Assembly (NCBI GenBank): GCA_028276475.1
Contig: JAPYWH010000002.1
Location: forward strand, 9,652-73,651
Length of the DNA stretch: 64,000 bases
Direction: 5' to 3'
Origin: Thermocrinis sp.
GTDB lineage: Bacteria > Aquificota > Aquificia > Aquificales > Aquificaceae
Below are positions 38,666 through 47,288 of the stretch, one piece after another (positions within the stretch are counted from its first letter, which is position 1; every line of letters begins with the position of its first letter). The notes beneath the pieces are model-generated. The model was not told the DNA's origin. It searched no databases and was given only the letters and a program-made list of their open reading frames with translations. A program made the position numbers and the translations under genes.

Positions 38666-38737
38666 TGGGTGCGGGAGGACTCGAACCCCCAACCGGGCGG
38701 TTATGAGCCGCCCGCTCTGCCATTGAGCTACGCACCC
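38666..38737 (-). tRNA. tRNA with CAT anticodon, most likely tRNA-Ile2 (lysidine); CCA not encoded
   Basis: Cloverleaf GGGTGCG/CGCACCC-A, anticodon arm GGCGG-CT-CAT-AA-CCGCC, T-loop GGTTCGAGTCC. Confidence 0.93.
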
Positions 38738-38749
38738 ACCTAATCTATA

Positions 38750-38779
38750 ATTATAACACCTTAGAGTAAAGTCTGTAAA
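38750..38779 (-). promoter_or_regulatory. Sigma70 promoter for the tRNA
   Basis: Minus-strand TTTACA-N18-TATAAT with TG extension, 12 nt before G1. Confidence 0.6.
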
Positions 38780-38896
38780 GGAGTCTGCTTGGATACTTTC
38801 TCATCCGAGGTATAAGAGGGACTTATAAAATTATAAGAGAGTTGAAAGTAAAAACTAAGAAAGGCTTATAAACTTTTATGTTCAGGAGGTTCCGTT

Positions 38897-41740
38897 ATGG
38901 ACATAGGCGGTAGCTTTTACGACAGGAAGGCTTACAGCACCTGCTATATGTGTGCCTGTAGATGCGGTATAGAAGTATATGTTAGAAACAACAAGGTTGC
39001 ATACATAAAGGGAAATGATGCACACCCTACCAACAAGGGTGTTCTGTGTGCAAAGGGTTCCTCGGGCATAATGAAAGAATACAGTCCCGCAAGGCTCAGA
39101 AAACCGCTTTTAAGGGTAGGACCCCGTGGCTCAGGACAGTTCAAGGAGATAGAGTGGGAAGAAGCCCTTCAGATCGCAACCCAATGGTTGGAAGAGGCAA
39201 GGAAGAAAGGTCCCTACAAGATCGCCTTCTTCACAGGAAGGGACCAGATGCAAGCTATAAACAGTTGGTTTGCAAGTCAGCTCGGAACAGTCAATTGGGC
39301 GGCGCACGGTGGCTTTTGCTCGGTAAATATCGCTGCAGCGGGGCTTTACTCTATAGGTGGTTCCTTCTGGGAGTTTGGAGAGGCGGACTTTGAAAACACC
39401 AAATACTTCATGCTGGTGGGTGTGGCAGAAGACCACTCCTCCAACCCGTTCAAACTTGGCATTCAGGAGATGAAGCGTAAGGGTGGAAAGTTTGTGGTGG
39501 TAAATCCCGTCCGTTGGGGCTACGGTGCGGTAGCTGACGAATGGGTGCCCATAAAACCGGGAACGGACGGAGCATTCTTCCTTGGCATAATGCATGTGCT
39601 CTTTAAACACAACCTGGTAAATTGGGAGTTTTTAAAGGAATACACCAACGCACCATGGCTTGTTATTCAAGCACCCGGCACTTCAAAGGACGGTCTCTTT
39701 TACAGGAACCCAGAAGGCAAGCCAATGGTCTTTGACAAAAAGAGCCAAAGCTTTAAACCCGCAGACCGCATCGTCCCAGAGGACTTAGACCCCGCCTTTA
39801 TTGGAGAATTTACCACTCCCGAGGGCTACAAGGTCCGACCCGCCTTTGATATGTTTGCAGAAAGGCTTGTGAAAGATTACTCTCCCGAAAAGGTAGAAAA
39901 GATCACTGGCATCTCCGCAAAGGATATAGAAAGGATCGCCAAAGAGATGGGCACTATAGCCCTCTACCATCCCATAGAGATTCCAATAGAATGGACCGAT
40001 GTTTGGGGCAGAAAGCACAAAAAGTTCATAGGAAGACCTGTCTCCTTTCACATAATGAGGGGCATAGCGTCCCACACCAACGGCTTTCAGACCGCAAGAA
40101 CTGTGTTCTTGCTCATGATGATGTTGGGGGTGGTGGATGTGCCCGGAGGCTTTTTGAACAAGCCCCCATACCCCAAGCACATAGAAGACCTGCCAAAACC
40201 TTACAAAATCACTAGACCAGACGAAATAAAGTATGGAGAAGTGTATCCAGGACCCCACCTTGGATATCCGCAGAACCCAGATGACCTCTTGGTGGATGAG
40301 AAAGGAAACCCGGTTAGAATAGATTGGGCATACAGCTGGTGGTTTCCGCTCACCGCCCACGGGCTTATACATAATGTGATCCCCGCCGCATACCAGCAAA
40401 ATCCCTACAGCATAGAGGTTTTGATGATCTATATGGCAAACATGGCTTGGAACTCCTCCCAAAACATACCATACATCCTCCAAGCCCTTACCGCCACAGA
40501 CCCCGCAGGAAACTACATAATTCCCAAGGTAATCACCATAGATGCCTTTTACAGCGAACAGGTAGCATACTCAGACTTGGTTTTCCCCGATGCCACCTAC
40601 TTGGAACAGTGGTTTGCCCTGTCTTTGCTTGACAGACCCCCTTCTGCAGTGGATGGCCCTGTAGATGCCCTAAGGCATCCCATTATAGATCCCAAAGCTA
40701 ACGGTTACGATGTGATGGGTTGGGGTGATGTGATGGTGGAACTTGGTTCAAGGCTAAAGCTTCCGGGTTTTGTCAATCCGGATGGTTCAAGGAAATACAA
40801 AGATTTCAAAGACTTTTTAATAAACTGGCAAGTAAGACCGGGCGTGGGTGCCTTGGCAGGCTGGAGGGGTAAAAACGGCGACAAGCACTTTGTAGGAGAA
40901 CCGAACCCCAACCAGCTTGAGATGTATATAAAGAACAAGGGCTTTTTCTACTACAAACTGCCAGAAAACATGAGATTTTACAGGCACGCCAACAAAGACT
41001 ACCAAGAGTGGGCGGTTAGCGTAGGCTTCCTCAAAAAGGTGGCGCCATTAACCTTTAACTTTTACCTTGAGACCTTGCAAACCTTCAGGCTTGCGGGTCA
41101 AGGGCTCTGGGAAGGCAAAAACCAACCACCCAACGACCCCATACTCAGAGACAGGCTCGTCAAATACTTTGACCCACTACCCTTCTGGCATCCACCCTTT
41201 GAGGAGGAAGTCTCTGGTAAGGACTATCCCCTCTACGCCTTTACCCAAAGACCCCAGTGGATGTATCACTCTTGGGACTCTCAAAACGTATGGCTAAGGC
41301 AGATATCCACGAGGAACTACCTTTACATGAACCCCAAAACCGCAGAAAAGCTCGGCATAAAGCACTTGGACTGGGTCTGGGTAGAGTCAAGGGTCGGCAA
41401 GGTAAAATGTCAGGTCTTTTTAACCAACACTACAGAACCCAACTCTGTATGGACTTGGAACGCCATAGGAAAAATGAAAGGTGCTTGGGGACTAAAGCCC
41501 GAGGCAGAGGAAGGGCATCAGGGCTTTTTGTTAAACCATGTGATCCCCCACAGCATCAACATAGGCGGAAGGGAGGTTTACTACGGAGACCCTATAACAG
41601 GACACTTGGCGTGGTTTGACACAAAGGTAAAGGTTTATAAGGCAGAGGACCAAACACTAGAGACTTATCCGCAGTTTGAAGTTGAACCACTGGATTACAT
41701 AAAAGAAAGATGGGTGAAGGTCTTAAGGTATAAGCCATGA
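38897..41740 (+). CDS. soeA: Sulfite:quinone dehydrogenase molybdopterin subunit
   Basis: 'TCYMCACRCGI', 'FFTGRDQ', 'AAHGGFCSVN', 'GGSFWEFG'; no Tat signal. Confidence 0.9.
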   Translation: MDIGGSFYDRKAYSTCYMCACRCGIEVYVRNNKVAYIKGNDAHPTNKGVLCAKGSSGIMKEYSPARLRKPLLRVGPRGSGQFKEIEWEEALQIATQWLEEARKKGPYKIAFFTGRDQMQAINSWFASQLGTVNWAAHGGFCSVNIAAAGLYSIGGSFWEFGEADFENTKYFMLVGVAEDHSSNPFKLGIQEMKRKGGKFVVVNPVRWGYGAVADEWVPIKPGTDGAFFLGIMHVLFKHNLVNWEFLKEYTNAPWLVIQAPGTSKDGLFYRNPEGKPMVFDKKSQSFKPADRIVPEDLDPAFIGEFTTPEGYKVRPAFDMFAERLVKDYSPEKVEKITGISAKDIERIAKEMGTIALYHPIEIPIEWTDVWGRKHKKFIGRPVSFHIMRGIASHTNGFQTARTVFLLMMMLGVVDVPGGFLNKPPYPKHIEDLPKPYKITRPDEIKYGEVYPGPHLGYPQNPDDLLVDEKGNPVRIDWAYSWWFPLTAHGLIHNVIPAAYQQNPYSIEVLMIYMANMAWNSSQNIPYILQALTATDPAGNYIIPKVITIDAFYSEQVAYSDLVFPDATYLEQWFALSLLDRPPSAVDGPVDALRHPIIDPKANGYDVMGWGDVMVELGSRLKLPGFVNPDGSRKYKDFKDFLINWQVRPGVGALAGWRGKNGDKHFVGEPNPNQLEMYIKNKGFFYYKLPENMRFYRHANKDYQEWAVSVGFLKKVAPLTFNFYLETLQTFRLAGQGLWEGKNQPPNDPILRDRLVKYFDPLPFWHPPFEEEVSGKDYPLYAFTQRPQWMYHSWDSQNVWLRQISTRNYLYMNPKTAEKLGIKHLDWVWVESRVGKVKCQVFLTNTTEPNSVWTWNAIGKMKGAWGLKPEAEEGHQGFLLNHVIPHSINIGGREVYYGDPITGHLAWFDTKVKVYKAEDQTLETYPQFEVEPLDYIKERWVKVLRYKP

Positions 41741-42294
41741 AAGTGCTCTCGGAAGAAAGAAAATACACTGCCCAAGACTTTGAAAGGCTTCCAGAGGGAC
41801 CGCCTTACTATCAGCTTATAGAGGGAGAGTTGATAGAGACCCCCACCCCTGAGGTTATACATCAGAAAGTGGCAGGAAGGCTCCTCTATCTTCTCCATAA
41901 ACTTGAGAAAGAAACAAAAATGGGCACTGTAATTCATTTCATAGACCTCTATCTTGACGAGAGGAATGTTTTTCAGCCAGATATAGTGGTCCTTCTTAAA
42001 GAGGGCAAGGCAAAGATTGAAGAAAAGGGCATATTTGGACCTCCCGATGTGGTGGTGGAAATTCTCTCTCCCTCCACCGCTTATTACGACCTGATCGTGA
42101 AAAAGGAGGTTTATGAAAGGGCAGGAGTAAAAGAGTATTGACTTTTGGACCCAAACAGAAAGACCTTTGAGATTTATAAAAACACAGAAGAGGGCTTTAA
42201 ACTTACCTCCCAAGCAAGGGAGAAGGGAAAGGTTCTCTCGGATATGTTAAAATTAGAAATAGACCTAAAAGAAATCTTTGAAGGAGGTATTTAA
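41737..42294 (+). pseudogene. Uma2/DUF820 PD-(D/E)XK nuclease-like gene with in-frame TGA at 42139
   Basis: 'YQLIEGEL', 'QPDIVV', 'VEILSPST', 'GVKEY*LLDP'; frame continues to TAA 42292-42294 (185 codons). Confidence 0.88.
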
Positions 42295-42296
42295 AG

Positions 42297-42671
42297 ATGC
42301 CGCTGACAAGGTTAAGAGAGCTTCTTAATGAAATGAGTATGTTTATTTCTCAGCACGCCATTTATATATCCAAGTTAGAAAGGGCTGTTAAAAACCGCGA
42401 AGAATTTGCCCACAAAACCTGCCATCAATGCAATTTTGGTGTAGAGTTGGACAGTATGGTGGTGCCTGTAAAGGACAAACTTCCTGAGGAAGTGAGGACT
42501 TTGGTGGACGAAATAGAAAAAATTCATTGCGAGTTTCATGAGGTTAGCATGCAAATAGACCCCAAAAATCCTCAGCCCTCAGATGAGGAAAAGCTTAATA
42601 GAATGAGAGAGCTAACCACTGAATTGTTTCAGAAACTTTTAGCCCTAAAAAGGCTTGCAAAGGAGGAGTAG
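42297..42671 (+). CDS. Stand-alone CZB (chemoreceptor zinc-binding) domain protein, copy 1
   Basis: H..., HxxCxFG, HxxFH ligand pattern; W of the FGxxW motif replaced by L. Confidence 0.8.
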   Translation: MPLTRLRELLNEMSMFISQHAIYISKLERAVKNREEFAHKTCHQCNFGVELDSMVVPVKDKLPEEVRTLVDEIEKIHCEFHEVSMQIDPKNPQPSDEEKLNRMRELTTELFQKLLALKRLAKEE

Positions 42672-42673
42672 CC

Positions 42674-42720
42674 ATGCCCCAGTATGTGTTGGTAATATAT
42701 ATATAAACGCATATTTGGGC
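42674..42720 (+). pseudogene. Decayed duplicate of the soeB 5' end
   Basis: ATGCCCCAGTATGTGTTGGTAATA matches true soeB start ATGCCCCAGTATGCGTTGGTGATA, then stops. Confidence 0.85.
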
Positions 42721-42739
42721 TTGAGGGAGGTGTGTAGAG

Positions 42740-43129
42740 ATGCCGTCTAGAGTATTAAAGGAGCTTGCTAACAAGGTAGGTATTTTTATTTCTCACCACG
42801 ATACTTATGTATCCAGATTAGAGAGGGCTATAAAAGATGGTGAAGAATTTACCCACAAAACTTGCCATGAATGTAATTTTGGTTTAGAGTGGGACAGTAT
42901 GGTGGTGCCTGTAAAGGGCAAACTTCCTGAGGAAGTGAGGACTTTGGTGGACGAAATAGAAAAAATTCATTGTGAGTTTCATGAGGTTAGCATGCAAATA
43001 GACCCCAAAAATCCTCAGCACTCAGATGAGGAAAAGCTTAATAGAATGAGAGAAATGAGCAACTTATTGCTTCGTAAGCTTTTAGCCTTAAAAAGGCTTT
43101 TATCAAAAAGGCTTGTAAAGGAGGAGTAG
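42740..43129 (+). CDS. Stand-alone CZB domain protein, copy 2
   Basis: 'HHDTY', 'HECNFGLEW', 'IHCEFH'. Confidence 0.82.
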   Translation: MPSRVLKELANKVGIFISHHDTYVSRLERAIKDGEEFTHKTCHECNFGLEWDSMVVPVKGKLPEEVRTLVDEIEKIHCEFHEVSMQIDPKNPQHSDEEKLNRMREMSNLLLRKLLALKRLLSKRLVKEE

Positions 43130-43131
43130 TC

Positions 43132-43830
43132 ATGCCCCAGTATGCGTTGGTGATAGACCTAAACACATGCGTTGGTTGTCATGCCTGTGCCACAAACTGC
43201 AAGGAGTGGAACACCCAAGCCTCTTTTGGACCCCTATCGGACTTTGAACCCTACGGCAGAAACCCGGAGGGTGTCTGGTATAACCGCATCATGTCCTACG
43301 AGGTGGGAGACTTTCCAGATACGCAGGTTTTCCATCTTCCCAAGTCTTGCCTACATTGTCAGGATGCCCCCTGTGTGCCCGTTTGCCCCACCGGTGCCAG
43401 CTACAAGAGGGAGCAGGATGGCATAGTGCTTGTCAATTACGACGATTGCATAGGCTGTAAGCTCTGCTCTTGGTCTTGCCCCTATGGTTGTAGGGAGTTT
43501 GACGAGGCGGACAAGGTGATGAAAAAATGCACCCTGTGTATAGATAGGATATACGACGAGTCTTTGCCACCGGAACACAGAAAGCCCGCCTGCGTGCTAA
43601 CATGCCCTGCAAGGGCAAGGTTCTTTGGAGACATAGAGGACCCAAACAGCGAAGCCTACAAGATGATAAAGGAACGCAACGGCTTTGTGCTCTTCCCAGA
43701 TATGGGCACAAACCCAGCCAACCATTACCTCCCAAGGACCGAGACCAAGGTCCATGTGGATGAACATCTATTAGAAGCAGAAAACCCACTTTTCCTTGAA
43801 GTGGTTAGAAGACACTACAAAGGAGGTTGA
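43132..43830 (+). CDS. soeB: Sulfite dehydrogenase Fe-S subunit
   Basis: Four CxxCxxC-type motifs, DmsB-like. Confidence 0.9.
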   Translation: MPQYALVIDLNTCVGCHACATNCKEWNTQASFGPLSDFEPYGRNPEGVWYNRIMSYEVGDFPDTQVFHLPKSCLHCQDAPCVPVCPTGASYKREQDGIVLVNYDDCIGCKLCSWSCPYGCREFDEADKVMKKCTLCIDRIYDESLPPEHRKPACVLTCPARARFFGDIEDPNSEAYKMIKERNGFVLFPDMGTNPANHYLPRTETKVHVDEHLLEAENPLFLEVVRRHYKGG

Positions 43831-43832
43831 AG

Positions 43833-44846
43833 ATGCATCCACCATTTTCTTTGATCTGGTTTTTTTTGACTGCGGGCGTCTCCATTGGGCTCTTTAACTT
43901 TACCTACTTTATGGAATTTTTGACACTCTTTGGTAAGGATACTGCCTTACCCAAGCATATGGTGTTGATATCCAACGTTATATCCTTGGTGCTTATAGGT
44001 CTTGGTGCCATAGGTGCCAGCTTTCACTTGGGACACAAGCTTAGGGCGTGGAAGGCAATAAAGAGATTTCATACCTCTTGGCTTTCGCGTGAGGCGGTCT
44101 TTAGCGGAGCCTATGGCTTTACCCTTCTGATCTTTGCCCTTTTGAGGTACTTTGACCATACGGGCTTTTGGTATCACTTCTTTGGCATAATAACTTTTAT
44201 CCTTGGGTGGCTGAGCGCCTTCTCTACAGCCATGATTTACGCATCCAACAAGTTTGTCCTTGAGTGGAATACATCCATCTCTGTGCTTTACTATCTGAAC
44301 ATGTATCTGATGCTTGGCTCCTCTGCCTTTTTGGCTTTGACTTACTTTTATCGCAAGGAGTTTGTGGGAACATACATATTTTTGACGTTTCTTTTCTTGG
44401 CTTTGGGGCTTGCCTTCAGGCTTGCCTTCAACATAAGGCAGTTTTACATAAAAAAACCTACCATTAACGAAGCCCTAAACCTTCCACACAACAGACCCAT
44501 AAGGGTTTTGGACACGGGCACCACAACGGATAATTACTGCACAGAGGAGTTTTACTACAGAAAGGGTAAAGAGTTGCTTCCCAGCATCCTTCCCTTGGCA
44601 TACATTCTTACCTTCATAGTTCCTCTGTTTTTTGTGCTTTATATGTGGATCACGGGCAGGGTAGATTACAACTTTATAAAATTTACCTTCCTCTTTATTG
44701 TGGTAGGTAGTGCCTTAGAGAGATGGAGTTTCTTTGTAGAGGGCAATCACGTGCAGAACCTCTTCTATGGTCTTTATCCAGAAGAAGGGTACACTCTAAG
44801 AAAGGGCTACATGGAAAGGAAGAAAACAAGGATCTCTTACAGATAA
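43833..44846 (+). CDS. soeC: Sulfite dehydrogenase membrane anchor (DmsC/NrfD-like)
   Basis: 'MHPPFSLIWF', 'SFHLGH..RAW', 'SWLSREA', 'ERWSFF'. Confidence 0.88.
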   Translation: MHPPFSLIWFFLTAGVSIGLFNFTYFMEFLTLFGKDTALPKHMVLISNVISLVLIGLGAIGASFHLGHKLRAWKAIKRFHTSWLSREAVFSGAYGFTLLIFALLRYFDHTGFWYHFFGIITFILGWLSAFSTAMIYASNKFVLEWNTSISVLYYLNMYLMLGSSAFLALTYFYRKEFVGTYIFLTFLFLALGLAFRLAFNIRQFYIKKPTINEALNLPHNRPIRVLDTGTTTDNYCTEEFYYRKGKELLPSILPLAYILTFIVPLFFVLYMWITGRVDYNFIKFTFLFIVVGSALERWSFFVEGNHVQNLFYGLYPEEGYTLRKGYMERKKTRISYR

Positions 44847-44872
44847 AAGCGGGGGCAAAGCCCCCTTTTTTT
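44845..44872. terminator. Bidirectional intrinsic terminator between soeC and ccsB
   Basis: AAAAGC-GGGGGC-AAA-GCCCCC-TTTTTTT. Confidence 0.85.
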
Positions 44873-45890
44873 ATCCTACGAACTTGCAAGTTTCTTCGTC
44901 TATGGTGGAATAAAGAGGTTTTACCTTTCCGCCGGGAGTGGTGTCTTCAAAGTCCCTTGGGACTCCAAGTTCCTCTATGCAATGCACCAGGTCATGGTAA
45001 AACTCTGCAACCTTTACAAGCCCCGTCTCTTTGCCCACCTCGTTGAACATCCTGATCTTGTCGGTAGCTTTACCCTTGCCCCTTTCCACTATGGCACCCG
45101 CATGTCCAAAGGACACACCCTCCAAGCCCTCTTGGAACCTTCCAGCTACAAAGGCAGCAACAGGCTTGTTCCACTTGCCCTCTTTATACAGTCTTAGGAT
45201 TGTTTCCGCCGCCTTCTCTTCGTAAGAACCGCCCACTTCTCCCTGAATGATCACACCCTTCACCTTAGGGTCGTCGGCTATCTTTTCCAGCACATCCGCA
45301 AAGGTGGTGCAGGAGATCACATCCCCACCGAGGGCAAGCGCCATATAAACACCCCAACCCCTTCTTTTAAACATCTCCGCAGTGGTGGTGGTAAGCCCGC
45401 CAGACTTGGACAGGATCACAAGACCACCCGGTGCGTATGCTATGGTTGGGTCCTTTCCACCTATGGCACCGATCCTCGCAGGGATTTCAGGCACCATGCA
45501 ACCCAAAGAAGTGGGTCCCACTATGATCACATCCCTTTCCTTTGCGTAATGGTAAAAATACACCGTGTCCCTTATGGGCACGTGCTCCGTTACTATGTAT
45601 ATAACCTTGATGCCCGCGTCTATCAGCTCAATGACCGCATCCTTTACGGATGTGGGTGGCACATAGACAAGCCCCGTGTTGATCTCCGGATGTTTTTGCA
45701 GGGCTTCCTTTACAGTGTTATAAACGGGTTTGTTTGCCACCTGAGTGCCACCCTTCCCGGGCGTAACGCCGGCTACTACAAAGCCCGGATAGAGGGCTTC
45801 CGATTCGCTAACCACCTGAGACGCTTCCCTTCCGGTGATGCCCATTACTATTATCCTTGTGTTCTCATTGAGATAAACTGTTCCCTTCAT
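44871..45890 (-). CDS. ccsB: Citryl-CoA synthetase small subunit (reverse TCA cycle)
   Basis: SucD-like fold with 'SKSGGLTTT', 'SFGHAGA'; paired with a 429-aa beta-like subunit. Confidence 0.88.
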   Translation of the reverse strand: MKGTVYLNENTRIIVMGITGREASQVVSESEALYPGFVVAGVTPGKGGTQVANKPVYNTVKEALQKHPEINTGLVYVPPTSVKDAVIELIDAGIKVIYIVTEHVPIRDTVYFYHYAKERDVIIVGPTSLGCMVPEIPARIGAIGGKDPTIAYAPGGLVILSKSGGLTTTTAEMFKRRGWGVYMALALGGDVISCTTFADVLEKIADDPKVKGVIIQGEVGGSYEEKAAETILRLYKEGKWNKPVAAFVAGRFQEGLEGVSFGHAGAIVERGKGKATDKIRMFNEVGKETGLVKVAEFYHDLVHCIEELGVPRDFEDTTPGGKVKPLYSTIDEETCKFVG

Positions 45891-45902
45891 CGTTTTTCCT
45901 CC

Positions 45903-47192
45903 TTAAATGCCTAAGTCTTTCGCTTGCTCTTCCGTCAAAGTTCCCTCTTCCTTTTGGGAACCTTGGCACTTATCCAAAAGCTCCTTTAATCTTATTGGAG
46001 CTTCCGTCAAGGGCAGTGTGGAATCATAAATTTCTCCTTTCACACCGCACTCTCTGAAGGCTTCATATAGCATTCTCAAGCCCTTCTCCGCCTCTGGACC
46101 GTTCCTGCGAACCACCCATATCCAGTTGGGGTCCAGCTTGCCCTCCTTGTATAGGTCCCTTATGGCGTTGGCTACGCCCTCTCCAAGGGTGACATCTATC
46201 CGTGTGTTGTTGGCAGTTCCACCGCACACCAGCACACCCCTTATACCTGGCTTAGAAAGGATTATGCGGGTGATCTTATACATCTTCTCCGCCGGTGGGT
46301 TGCCCCCAATATCGGTAAAGTTGGCGGGCTTCATACCAACCGCGTAGGTAGTCTCTATGGTTACGGTGGAGCCACCACCCCCAAAGGTCATCATGGCTAT
46401 ATCTCCGTCCATTTCCACATAAGAACCCGCCTTACCCCTATGGTCATCCCTGTCTATTAAAGATGCCTGCACCTCCCTCTCGGTGGGCGGTCTCTTTAGG
46501 GCTGTCCTCAGCCCATAGATCTTGGCAGGGGGCACTGATGCATCATCATCAATGATCACCACCGCATCCAAAGCTAATACCTTTTGCTTGCCATCCACAT
46601 CGCATATAGCCAAGGGGTTGATCTCCAAAAGCCTTGCTTCTGCCTCCCAAAAAGCCCTCCACATGTTAGTTATAACTTCTGAGAGCTCCCTTAAAACACC
46701 CATAAACTCTTCAGGGAAGTTCAGCTCCAAAAGATAGTTCCTTGCCATGTGAGGATAGAGCCCTTTAATGGGGTCTATGGTCCAGCTCTTTACCTTCTCA
46801 GGTGGCACTTCCTCTATGTCCATACCACCTTCTAAGCTAAGGGTCAAAACGGGTGCCCTCACCTCCGTAGAGTAGGTAATGGATGCGTAAAGCTCCTTAA
46901 GTATGTTTGCCTTTTGGCTAACTATAACACCCACGGGCATTTCGCCATACACGGGGTATTTCAGAAGGGCTTCCACCGTCTCCACACCCTCTTGGGGAGT
47001 TTTACACAGCTTAACTGCCCCAGCCTTACCCCTTTTGCCCACCAGCACCTGAGACTTTACCACGCACTCACCCAGTTGGTTAATAAACTCCACCACCTCA
47101 TCGTTCAAATGGTCTGTAAATATATACTTGGGAGTAGGTATGGCATACCTTTTGAAGATCTTATCGTAGGCTTCGTATTCGTATAGGTTCAT
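45903..47192 (-). CDS. ccsA: Citryl-CoA synthetase large subunit
   Basis: 'MNLYEYEAY', ATP-grasp 'KSQVLVGKRGKAG', 'FGGGGST', 'CGGTANNT'. Confidence 0.88.
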   Translation of the reverse strand: MNLYEYEAYDKIFKRYAIPTPKYIFTDHLNDEVVEFINQLGECVVKSQVLVGKRGKAGAVKLCKTPQEGVETVEALLKYPVYGEMPVGVIVSQKANILKELYASITYSTEVRAPVLTLSLEGGMDIEEVPPEKVKSWTIDPIKGLYPHMARNYLLELNFPEEFMGVLRELSEVITNMWRAFWEAEARLLEINPLAICDVDGKQKVLALDAVVIIDDDASVPPAKIYGLRTALKRPPTEREVQASLIDRDDHRGKAGSYVEMDGDIAMMTFGGGGSTVTIETTYAVGMKPANFTDIGGNPPAEKMYKITRIILSKPGIRGVLVCGGTANNTRIDVTLGEGVANAIRDLYKEGKLDPNWIWVVRRNGPEAEKGLRMLYEAFRECGVKGEIYDSTLPLTEAPIRLKELLDKCQGSQKEEGTLTEEQAKDLGI

Positions 47193-47288
47193 ACTCTACC
47201 TCCGTCAAAAAGTTATGACAAAAATTATAACTCAAAACCTTATTGCTTTATCCTCCTATTGGGCTTATAATTAAAGGCGGAGGTTTTT

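Larger units (their letters stand above)
42297..43129 (+). repeat. 443-bp-offset tandem duplication of the CZB gene
   Basis: 42450-42610 and 42893-43053 differ at 3 of 161 nt. Confidence 0.95.

Noticed and set aside
42139-42175. Selenocysteine recoding of the Uma2 TGA
   Set aside because: The aligned residue is Trp, not Cys, and there is no convincing bacterial SECIS hairpin downstream.
47206-47221. GTCA-N8-TGAC inverted repeat upstream of ccsA
   Set aside because: Only 4-bp arms in an AT-rich spacer and a single occurrence; not supportable as an operator.
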